64,000 nt of DNA from Eledone cirrhosa (GCA_964016885.1 OZ024743.1:317564001-317628000); one strand, 5' to 3'. Positions 1 to 12,875 are shown, numbered from the stretch's first letter. The notes: generated by a model from the sequence alone, not told the origin. Numbers and translations are program-made.

Positions 1-36
1 TATATACATATATATATACATATATATATATATATA

Positions 37-1899
37 AAACACAAAATCACTGGCTCTACTGTTGGCCCTCTAATTGATGAAAATGGCACTCTTCAAGACA
101 ATGCTAAAACCATGGGTGAGATACTGCAGAAACAATACTGCTCTGTTTTCAGCAATCCTGATATGGCCGATCTGGGCTGTATCGGCGATGTTACTCCCCA
201 TTACACCTTATCGGACATAACGTTTGGCGCCCCTGATGTCTTGGCGGCAATAAAGGAAATCAAGCATAATTCAGCAGTAGGTCCCGATAGGTTCCCTGCT
301 TGTGTCTTGAAGGCGTGTCAACACCAACTTGCATCTCCTCTTGCCAATCTGTGGCGGAACTCACTGGATGCTGGATATGTGCCAGAAAACCTTCTATCCC
401 AGTCTGTTGTCCCAGTTTTCAAAAAGGGAAACAAATCCCTTGCCGTGAATTACCGTCCAATCTCACTCACCTCTCATATCATTAAGGTATTTGAGAGAGT
501 GGTGAGATCGCGAATGACCCACTTCCTTGAGAGTAACAATATGCTGAACTCCAACCAGCATGGATTCCGTAATGGAAGGGATTGCCTGACGCAGCTACTG
601 CATCACTTTGATGACATTTTGAGAGCCTTGGGAGAGGGTTCCAACACTGATGTTATCTACCTTGATTTCAGCAAGGCCTTTGACAGGGTTGATCATAACA
701 TTCTACTGAGAAAGCTGTCCAATATTGGTGTCACTGGAAAGCTGCTGCAGTGGATCAAGAGCTTCCTGTCAAACAGAACCCAACATGTTGTAGTTGAGGG
801 AGTCAAATCAAGCCCAGCCAAAGTCAGTAGTGGGGTCCCACAAGGCACTGTGTTGGGCCCACTTCTCTTCATCATCTATATTAATGACATCACTGACATC
901 ATCAAACACAGCATCATTAAAATTTTCGCTGATGATTCCAAGCTCCAAAAGGTCATCAATGGCGTGGATGACCGGCTAAGCCTTCAGTCAGACCTACTGG
1001 CTGTTACCCAATGGGCAGAAAAGAACAACATGTTACTGAACGAAGACAAATTCGAACTGATCCACTTTGGAAAAGAGGATGCTCTGAAACTCCCGTACTC
1101 CCTTCCCTCCGGGGAAACTCTCGTGGCATCTAACAACATCAGAGACTTGGGAGTAACCGTGGACAGCAACATAAGCTGGACCACGCATATAAGCAGCAAA
1201 GTTGACATGGCCCGCAGAATGTGTTCCTGGATCCTCAGAACCTTCCAGTCGAGAGATTCCCGCACCATTATCCTTCTCTTCTCTACTTTTGCCCGACCAC
1301 ACCTTGAATACTGTTGTCCACTGTGGTCTCCCCACACGAAACAAAGTATCATGAAACTTGAAGCTCCTCAAAGGGCAATCACGAAAAAGATAGATGGCAT
1401 GTCAGACCTTGACTACTGGGGTCGATTAGAAAACCTGAAACTTTACTCACTCCAACGTCGCCGTGAGCGTTATATTATCTGCATGATGTGGAAAATGTTC
1501 CATCATCACTGCCCAAATGATGTTGGCATCGCCTTCAAGATACACCCAAGGCTTGGGCCCCGTGCTATCCGTCCCATTCAAAAATCTAAATCGCAACTCA
1601 TAACAACAATACGGCACAATTATTTCACCTCAATCGGCCCTGCTCTCTTCAACATCACACCAGGACACGTCAAAACAGAAACTGACCACACAAAATTCAA
1701 GAAGTCTTTGGACAAATTCCTCCAAGTAATCCCGGACAAACCACCCACACCCGGATATGTCTCCGCAAACAGTAATTCTCTTCTCGAATGGGCCATGGTG
1801 CCCAAATCCTGAATTGAAAGACTTCGCCAGGTGGTGCTATTAAGTTAGACATGGCCTGGGCCAATACTGGCCAAAACATTTCAAAGTTATTCAAAGTTA
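37..1899 (+). mobile_element. 5'-truncated CR1/L2-group non-LTR retrotransposon (copy 1)
   Basis: Starts directly after (TA)n, carries an RT ORF and ends in a tandem (TTCAAAGTTA)2 tail followed by (TA)n; near-identical to 60143-61990. Confidence 0.92.
112..1812 (+). CDS. Reverse transcriptase domain of LINE ORF2 (N-terminally truncated, no endonuclease)
   Basis: Non-LTR RT motifs NYRPISLTS, QHGFR, YLDFSKAFDRV, GVPQGTVLGPLLF, FADD, DLGV, RPHLEY; frame open to a stop at 1812. Confidence 0.9.
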   Translation: MGEILQKQYCSVFSNPDMADLGCIGDVTPHYTLSDITFGAPDVLAAIKEIKHNSAVGPDRFPACVLKACQHQLASPLANLWRNSLDAGYVPENLLSQSVVPVFKKGNKSLAVNYRPISLTSHIIKVFERVVRSRMTHFLESNNMLNSNQHGFRNGRDCLTQLLHHFDDILRALGEGSNTDVIYLDFSKAFDRVDHNILLRKLSNIGVTGKLLQWIKSFLSNRTQHVVVEGVKSSPAKVSSGVPQGTVLGPLLFIIYINDITDIIKHSIIKIFADDSKLQKVINGVDDRLSLQSDLLAVTQWAEKNNMLLNEDKFELIHFGKEDALKLPYSLPSGETLVASNNIRDLGVTVDSNISWTTHISSKVDMARRMCSWILRTFQSRDSRTIILLFSTFARPHLEYCCPLWSPHTKQSIMKLEAPQRAITKKIDGMSDLDYWGRLENLKLYSLQRRRERYIICMMWKMFHHHCPNDVGIAFKIHPRLGPRAIRPIQKSKSQLITTIRHNYFTSIGPALFNITPGHVKTETDHTKFKKSLDKFLQVIPDKPPTPGYVSANSNSLLEWAMVPKS

Positions 1900-1973
1900 T
1901 ATATATGTATACATATATATTTATACATATACATATACATATATATATACACATATACATATATATATACATT

Positions 1974-2005
<32 letters not shown>

Positions 2006-2129
2006 CATATTAATAAGAGGAATTCCAACTTTGTCTGATTTACTCGTTTTATTTACAATCCTTTAAAATATATATAATATGGTATTATAATGAAATAGTA
2101 TGATAGAATATTAAATTCTAAGTGTTAAT

Positions 2130-2168
2130 TGAACAAGTACTTTCATGCTTTCGCAATCTTCAGGTTCA
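2130..2168 (-). ncRNA. Minimal type I hammerhead ribozyme, family A (antisense arm)
   Basis: Exact reverse complement of 2205-2243. Confidence 0.7.
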
Positions 2169-2204
2169 TGATATGTGGTGACAGTCGAGTTTGCAATTTT
2201 CTCA

Positions 2205-2243
2205 TGAACCTGAAGATTGCGAAAGCATGAAAGTACTTGTTCA
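2205..2243 (+). ncRNA. Minimal type I hammerhead ribozyme, family A
   Basis: UGAAC-CUGAAGA-U-UGC-GAAA-GCA-U-GAAA-GUAC-UU-GUUCA: 5-bp stem I, GNRA-capped stem II, palindromic AGUACU stem III. Confidence 0.72.
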
Positions 2244-2396
2244 ATTAACACTTAGAATTTAATATTCTATCATACTATTTCATTATAATACCATATTATA
2301 TATATTTTAAAGGATTGTAAATAAAACGAGTAAATCAGACAAAGTTGGAATTCCTCTTATAAATATAATCTTCTATACACAATCATACACACCCGT

Positions 2397-4542
<2,146 letters not shown>

Positions 4543-5147
4543 GGTGGCTGCCAACTCGTTTTCGAGTACAGCCACTACTTTATATCCATGTAGGAGAACT
4601 CCTACCAATGCACTGAACGAATGTAACTTTAGTCCAGCCAGCGACTTGAAAAACTCTGGTACAAACACTACACCTGTGACAATTATTGACACAGTGCTAG
4701 GCCCATGGTACCATGTGACGACAAGTGCAGAGAGATCTCCAGATATAAAGCAATGCCTGTGCCGTGAAGCTTTTATAGTGAGCAAAGGCACTGCACAAAG
4801 CCAGTCCCACTCTCTTAACCAAGATGATATTTACCAAAAAGAAGAACAAGTCAACATCATTGGATACCATCAGAGTTGCAGGTGTTATATCAGAGTTTTC
4901 CTTCTCCTAGAATTCTGCCTTGACAAAGGCTAAGGGGTCATCTCTCCCAGTGATTTTGGATGGCCATTGACTCTTAAGAGCTCCTTTGCCCTTTGACAGG
5001 TTTTGTTTTTAGTCCTGCAGGATGTCCAAAGTCACCCTCCTCACCAAGAAACCTTGGTGGGATTGCCAGTTTAGTCGCCAACGACCCGACCATGAGACAG
5101 GTTGTACTGGGATACATGTTACCAGTAGCACCAACTGGTGACCTGAC
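4543..5147 (-). mobile_element. Probable 5' region of an RTE-clade LINE
   Basis: Minus strand has GGGTCGTTGGCGACTAAACTGGCAATCCC and CTAGGAGAAGGAAAACTCTGAT, motifs I associate with RTE 5' leaders; embedded in TA arrays; no convincing ORF. Confidence 0.4.
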
Positions 5148-5824
<677 letters not shown>

Positions 5825-5825
<1 letters not shown>

Positions 5826-6336
5826 CGAAGGAAATGTGGTAAGGAACCAGGTGGACCATAACGCACCAAAGTACTCAATACTTGAGGTAGTAGAGTGGGT
5901 AATAGGAACCAGTAAGACCCCGACAGCTGAGCTCAAGCCGTTTCGACGGCTAATTCTGGACTAAATGAAAATTTATCCTGGTATTTAAATAGCCGATCTT
6001 CTCAAGGGGTAATTCCATATATGGTCAAAGTGATTGTCAAAAATCAGTAGTAATTCTGTGGTTGCAAATTAGTAGGGGAGATGGTGGCTAAACCTGCCAG
6101 TAGGAGAAAGGGGGGAAGGGGGTGGAGTAGACCCAATCAAGCGTTGGTAGTGCCAGCTACAGCTGGGCATGAGGTCAATGAAGATACAGGGGAGGGGGAG
6201 GGGGAGGAAGTCGGAACGGTAGGTAGAACAATGGGGGTAGAAATATATAGGAAAGAAAAAATACTGAGAGTGAAGAAAAGCAAATAAGTGTAAAGAAAAA
6301 AGTAAAGTAAATTAAATTCTACGACCTAGGTCTCTA
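5825..6336 (-). mobile_element. Hammerhead-bearing element family B (copy 1)
   Basis: Reverse complement of 8587-9103; ends at a TA array. Confidence 0.8.
5917..6010 (-). ncRNA. Type I hammerhead ribozyme, family B, U3-A8 core variant
   Basis: ACCCC-UUGAGAA-GA(U)CGGCUA...UAGCCGUC-GAAA-CGGCU-UGAGCUC-AGCU-GUC-GGGGU; GUC triplet; stem III keeps pairing through a G.U wobble relative to copy 2. Confidence 0.75.
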
Positions 6337-6503
6337 CTGAGACCTAGAGCCATAACCATCGTTAAATACCGTCACACATAGAACAAGTCTATAATCAACA
6401 TATATACATTTTGAGTTTAAGTTGGTTGTTTACCGACATCTCAATATGCAGATTGGAGCACTTGACGAAGTACGCAGGTTGGTTTGTTTACTACGGAGTA
6501 ATG

Positions 6504-6917
6504 TAAAATAATTAAGTCAAATATGTAAAATTTGGCTTCGTTTAATACAAATTATAGATATACTGCTATATATATTTCGGTGACAGCCATCATCAGGCAG
6601 TCCGAATTGATGTGGGAAAGACAGGTACACATGTTGTTGAAGTGTGTGTTACTCCGTCAATCCATCGATATGAGGAACTGGAATAATATGATTCCACTGC
6701 CTCAGAGAAATAACAACACTACCAGGAGCTGGGCATATCGATGGATTGACGGAGTAAAACACACTTCAACAACATGTGTACCTGTCTTTCCCAAACCAAT
6801 TCGGACTGCCTGAAGAGGTCACAGCCAATGATGGCTGTCACCGAAATATATATAGCAGTATATCTATAATTTGTAATAAACGAAGCCAAATTTTACATAT
6901 TTGACTTAATTATTTTA
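6504..6917. mobile_element. Fold-back element C
   Basis: Inverted arms 6504-6672 and 6734-6917 with few mismatches and one indel in hammerhead stem II; unpaired extension on the left. Confidence 0.75.
6805..6859 (+). ncRNA. Minimal type I hammerhead ribozyme, family C
   Basis: ACUGC-CUGAAGA-GGUcACAGCC-AAUGAU-GGCUGUcACC-GAAA-UAUAUA-UA-GCAGU. A copy with shortened stem II and a CUGAUGA box lies at 6562-6601 (-). Confidence 0.78.
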
Positions 6918-6924
6918 TATATAT

Positions 6925-7363
<439 letters not shown>

Positions 7364-7369
<6 letters not shown>

Positions 7370-7808
7370 TATGTACACGTACATACATATATCGTTTTTG
7401 GTGCACCCGGCCGATTAACCCACCCGATATGCAAATTGAGCTACTCAGCCGTTAATATGCATAAGGTAAGTATATACGTTCAACAATCTGGCAGGAAGGC
7501 ATACGTTGCTGACGATAGCTAATAAGCTTGAAACTAGTACAGCGTTCCTTTGTCAGTGTTGAACAAACGAGCAACGATGGTTGCTAGACACTACGGCTTA
7601 ATACAGGATGTTTGTTTACAAACACACCGAGCATTATAATAAATGTTCGGTGAATCCATACGTACATATATATATATGTGTGCATGTATGTATATATATA
7701 TACATACTACTGTACGTCTGTATACATATATGTATGTACGTGTACATACTTATATTTAAGTCGTACTAAGTGTGGGAAATGAAACTTCGTTTCATTTTTT
7801 TCCGTTTA
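7364..7808 (+). mobile_element. Hammerhead-bearing element family D (copy 1)
   Basis: Homologous to 50458-50905 (-) and 50906-51240 (+); a short inverted copy of its own 3' region sits at 7364-7390. Confidence 0.8.
7503..7545 (+). ncRNA. Minimal type I hammerhead ribozyme, family D
   Basis: ACGUUG-CUGACGA-U-AGCU-AAUA-AGCU-U-GAAA-CUAG-UA-CAGCGU; palindromic ACUAGU stem III; GUA triplet. Confidence 0.8.
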
Positions 7809-8586
7809 TATATATATATATATATTTATCATCATCATCGTTTAACGTCCATCTTCCAATAAAAAGTTCTTTATTCTTTTATCGCTTCCTTTATTTCCTT
7901 CTTCCCCCTTCCCTCCTTAGTCCTTCTACCCCAGTTCTTCTTCTTTGTCGGCGTCTTTTCTCGCCCACCCGAGGCTGCCCTTTGGCCCCTTGTAGCCTCA
8001 GTACCCCCACCCCTCCCCTAGTCTATGATAGATTTGGCGGACTCCGCTTTTTTAGCAGTTGTGTTAGACCTCGGATACTTGCCCCCTTTTCCGACCGCTC
8101 CCACTATTTTCCGTGCCTTCTATATTTCTTAGTGGCACTTATGCCTTATTTTCTCGTTTCAGTATTTCTTTCTTCTCTTTTCTTTTGGGCGGGGTGGATT
8201 CTGAATTTATTTTTCCGTTTTCTACCTTTACTTCGTACGAACTTTCATGTAGCTTGTATAAGATCTTTTGTAGCGCGGCGGTACCTTTAGAGTTAGCATT
8301 AGTATTTTTTTTTTCGGGACTCAGAATTATTATCTCGTACTAGTTTACTTTGCTGCACTGGGTGGTTGCTGGCCTTGTGCCCGGGATAGAAACCTTTATT
8401 ATTTATTTCGTGGTAGTTTCTTTAGTATTTTGGCCCCATTTGTTGACCCGTCACCGTATGATTTACGTACTTATACCTCTTAAAAGGGTCCTTGCCTATT
8501 CCGTCCCACCTAGTTTATTTACTTATTTCGTTATTTCTTTATTTCTTTATTTCTTTCTTTATTTATTTATCTAGCCTAACAATAGC

Positions 8587-9100
8587 TAGAGACTTAGGTC
8601 GTAGAACTTGCTTTTATACTCTTTTTTCTTTACACTTATTCGCTTTTCATCACTCTCAGTATTTTTTCTTTCATATATATTTTTTTATCCCTCATTGTTC
8701 TATCTACCGTTTCGACTTCCTCCCCCTCCCCCTCCCCAGTATCTTCTTTGACCTCATGCCCAGCTGTAGATGGCACTACCAACGCATGATTGGGTCTACT
8801 CCACCCCCCCCCCCCTTTTCTCCTACTGGCAGGTTTAGCCACCATCTCCCCTACTAATTTGCAATCACAGAATTACTACTGACTTTTGACAATCACTTTG
8901 ACCATATATGGAATTACCCCTTGAGAAGCTCGGCTATTTAAATACCAGGATAAATTTTCATTTAGTCCAGAATTAGCCGTCGAAACGGCTTGAGCTCAGC
9001 CGTCGGGGTCTTACTGGTTCCTATTACCCACTCTACTACCCTAAGTATTGAGTACTTTGGTGCGTAATGGTTCACCTGGTTCCTTACCACATTTCCTTCG

Positions 9101-9103
<3 letters not shown>
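8587..9103 (+). mobile_element. Hammerhead-bearing element family B (copy 2; may extend 5' to ~7860)
   Basis: Inverted homologue of 5825-6336; pyrimidine-rich upstream flank. Confidence 0.8.
8916..9009 (+). ncRNA. Type I hammerhead ribozyme, family B, U3-A8 core variant
   Basis: Stem I ACCCC/GGGGU, core UUGAGAA, stem II CGGCUA/UAGCCG with a long loop, GAAA, stem III ACGGCU/AGCCGU, GUC at 9002-9004. Confidence 0.75.
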
Positions 9104-9181
<78 letters not shown>

Positions 9182-9482
9182 ATAAAATATAGAGAAAAAT
9201 ACTGCAGGTAGCACATGGATAACATGTAATAAAATGAGTCCCTCATCAGTGATTTGCCGACGATCATCGATATTTCATTGCATTAAAAATCATATACTTC
9301 ACGTCGGTGCAATAATAACCAAAATAAGTTATTAGGACAATTGAAACGCGTAAAGCGAGTGAGACAGGAGAACAACACAGAGTATAGCTAACCGTATATG
9401 TATATATACGTTATTCCGGGTTGAATCGGAGGTAACCACGGTAAGTAAGGTACTCAATACATAGCAGAGTATAAAAGTTTTA

Positions 9483-9734
<252 letters not shown>

Positions 9735-9973
9735 AAGATATCATTTATACAAAAACAATATAAACAATTAGAAAGATAGGTGGAGAAGTTAAAAACAGCT
9801 CAGAATAGACTAATTTATCATAATAAGCAATACAAAAGCTATGTTTCATACTTCTTTGAAAGAATTTTCCAAACAAGCATGTATACAAAATCCTATTGTG
9901 CTAAAAACAATAATTACACATAAGGCAAATTATTCATTAAAGTAAATATCAAATACATTTTTACATTAAATGT

Positions 9974-10017
9974 TGATTTACGAACGTTTCGTTCCTTCTT
10001 GGGACTTGTCAAAATCA
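9974..10017 (-). ncRNA. Minimal type I hammerhead ribozyme, family E, U3-A8 core variant
   Basis: UGAUU-UUGACAA-GUCCC-AAGA-AGGAAC-GAAA-CGUUCG-UA-AAUCA. The + arm copy (11396-11433) keeps GGGGAC but has lost the 5' strand of stem II. Confidence 0.62.
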
Positions 10018-10083
10018 GTTATTTAAGATTAAAAACCTCACCAAACCACTCAACAGCCAGCAGCCAGAGAAATTGTTTACATT

Positions 10084-11300
10084 TGTAGCAGGAGTTGCCT
10101 CCCTTGTTGTGACACTCACCACGCCAATAGATTAACACCATCTAGACAGGAAGTAGAACCCTTTCTGTAACTTCCGGTCAGAACCCTATAAAAGTAAAGA
10201 GATAGCCGCACGCCAGAGATAACGTTTCTCGCCAAGGATTCTTCAGCCTTAAGCTATATTCTCCTATTTGCCGGTTTAAAAATTTACCACGTAAATTTGC
10301 CGTTGAAAACTGCGCATTTATTCAGAATGCTTATTTCTTTGGTCGCTGGCCTCTTGACCCTTCCAGGTCAACGCATTCTCAACATCGACCATCAACTTCG
10401 GCTGTTATTTCTAGCACTTTGCGCAACTCATTTTTTCTGAAAAATTTTTTTTTTTTACTGTGAATTTAAACACCGAATACGCTCACTCCGCGAGACAACA
10501 ACATCAACAGCAACACAGCTTCACCAACAACCAAAACCAGCAGAACAAGCCAGAGAATTTATTTTTGCAGCACTCTTCCTGTGAGAAAATCCATTCGGAG
10601 GTTGGAAATTTCACGATATACCACAGAACAGAAACCACCTGCATTCATTCTCTGGAACACACTTTCTTTCCTGCTGTCATGTGATTGCACACCTGTGAAC
10701 TATATTTTGTACATTTGAACTTTGAGCTCTTCTCTTACTTTGTTACATTGTATCTTTGGGTGATGGATAGATAGATGTCCAGTCGTTCTCTGGCCAAGAG
10801 CGGTTGGCTACCTTGATATCTATCATTGATTTTTGCAAACATTATTTTTTTTGTCGTAATTTTCATGCCTGTTACAACATTCTCGCCAACCTGCTGCATA
10901 CATATTTCATTCGATTTTTATATTCTAAAATTCTGGCGGGAGGTTATGTAGCAGGAGTTGCCTCCCTTGTTGTGACACTCACAACGCCAATAGATTAACA
11001 CCATCTAGACAGGAAGTAGAACCCTTTCTGTAACTTCCGGTCAGAACCCTATAAAAGTAACAACTTTAAGTTCTCACCCTCTCATTTGCCCTTCCGGCGC
11101 CTGGCTTCGCCAGGCGTCTTCTGCCAGCCACGTTCGTCTGGCAATCAAACGGTAACTAATAACTTTGCTTCATTCTTTCATCTATTTCTTTGACATGTCA
11201 ACTATACTATTCTATATATATCCATGATTGTTAATTAAATATTATGCACACAAACCATGTCTCCTTGTTACATTCATACACGCTAGTATTCCGCTATACA
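10084..11300 (+). mobile_element. Non-coding LTR-retrotransposon-like remnant
   Basis: 114-bp direct repeat starting TGTAGC (10084-10197, 10947-11060; one mismatch seen) with TATAAAA; purine tract GGCGGGAGG before the second copy; candidate LTR end ...GCTATACA at 11300. Confidence 0.55.
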
Positions 11301-11642
11301 TTCATGGCGTCGTTTTAAATGTAAACCATTTCTCTGGCTGCTGACTGTTGAGTGCTTTGGTGAGTTTTATAATGAGGTATTTAATCTTAAGTAACTGATT
11401 TTGACAAGAAGGGGACGAAACTTTCGTATATCAACATTTAATGTAAAAACGTATTTGGTATTTACACTTTAATATATATATATATATATACATACATGGA
11501 AAGTTATATTTAAATTGTTGGGTTACAACTAGTAAATATTTATAACTGATATAAAAGCACTCGACAAAATCAACCTTTTCAAAAACAAGTCGATGTTGTT
11601 ACGGTATGTCGAATCTATTTATCTATAAAACTGTTTATATTG

Positions 11643-11708
11643 TATTTTGTCTGAGGAAGGCATAGCATATTGTTAATATGATATCCCTGAAATATATATA
11701 ATGAAATA
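11643..11708 (+). ncRNA. Minimal type I hammerhead ribozyme, family F
   Basis: UAUUUUGU-CUGAGGA-AGGcAUAgCAUAU-UGUUA-AUAUGaUAUcCCU-GAAA-UAUAUA-UA-AUGAAAUA; 8-bp stem I with two G.U pairs. Confidence 0.7.
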
Positions 11709-12790
11709 AATATGGTTTTATAAATATAGTTTCCATTTATTTAATATTGTATATATATACATATATATTTTTAAAGGCATAGTACTAGGAAAAACACACG
11801 ACTAGGCAAGAAGTAAAGGTTAGAGGAGAAAGATATATTTAGAGTTCGTTCTTTAACATATGTTTCAATACAATATCAGCAATATCAGTCTACCGTACCT
11901 CCTGCAATGACCATTTCGAGAAAAATACTATGGTAAGCAATCTTCCATATATATATATATATATAGCGATGGTTTGTTGGTCGTGTTGCTTAGTTGATTG
12001 TGTTGTGATGTTGATTCGTTTGTTGCGTGTGTACTCACTTGTAAATTGCTGTGTCGTGTGGTCACTGTTGTGTGATACAGTGTGACCAAAGGTTGCATGT
12101 GTGCAAGTAAGTGTTCAATAAGATGATGATGATGTGATAGTTCCTTGATCACGCAGAAAATGAATATATATAAATGAACCACAATGACACATAACCGCTA
12201 TATTATTGATTTATTGAAAATAGCTCACGCTGAAGTTATACGAAAAATACGCAAGGATTATGGATGTTATTTGTTTGTTTGTAAAAGTAGAATTAAATTG
12301 TATTTACCAACTTCACTAGCTTGGTTAAGAGAGAGACCAAGAGAGAGGGATTACGTGAAAGAGAGAGAGAGAGAGTCTGTAAGACCCCAAAAGGGTCTGT
12401 AGGAAACAAAAGTTTACATGTTTACTCTATCAAGAGCCGCTTCGAACTGCAAGATAGGCTATTTATCTTTGTCGCTTCCTCTGTCCCAAAGCCAGGGCTG
12501 ACCTTTAGATGTCGTCCACTCTCAGACCTGTTTACACCCAAAAGAAGATAACCCAGAAAAATGACCGTTAAATGTCACCCAGGGGTCAAGGTGGGGACAG
12601 ATTTCGCTACATATATACTTTGTTTGCACATTGATTCACACAAACAATTTCTAACCTGACATATCTTCGTATATATATATACACACACACACAACAGTCC
12701 TATATAAATACTTGTAATTAAAATGTGTGTATGTGAATGTGTGTGTGGGGGGGGGGGGGGGGGGGGTATGTGTATGTGTGCATCTGTGTG

Positions 12791-12875
12791 TACGAGGATC
12801 GGCTGAAAAGTTCAAAGGCTGATCAAGATACTCTCATGGACCTACCAAATGAAGTTTATTTTTCAACATAGTTCC
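12791..12875 (+). mobile_element. Mariner-like terminal fragment
   Basis: TACGAGGATCGGCTGAAAAGTT resembles mariner TIR starts (TACGAGG...); no partner TIR seen. Confidence 0.45.

Larger units (their letters stand above)
2013..2396 (+). mobile_element. Fold-back element A (Penelope-like pLTR/retrozyme-like)
   Basis: Inverted arms 2013-2171 and 2202-2360 with no mismatch seen, ~30-nt spacer, unpaired 3' tail to ~2396, flanked by TA arrays; hammerhead in each arm. Confidence 0.75.
9936..11473. mobile_element. Fold-back element E, split by an LTR-like insertion
   Basis: Inverted arms 9936-10084 and 11317-11473. Confidence 0.7.

Noticed and set aside
9257-9307. Minus-strand hammerhead-like CCGAC-GUGAAGUA...GAAA-UAUCGAUGA-UC-GUCGG
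   Set aside because: Stem I fits, but the core box and stem II are too degenerate to call.
10215-10252. Minus-strand CUGAAGA...GAAACGUU
   Set aside because: Both boxes are present but stem I does not pair and stem II is weak.
11851-11880. Minus-strand GAAA-CAUAUG-UU with CUGAUA upstream
   Set aside because: Only the 3' half is convincing; possible decayed motif.
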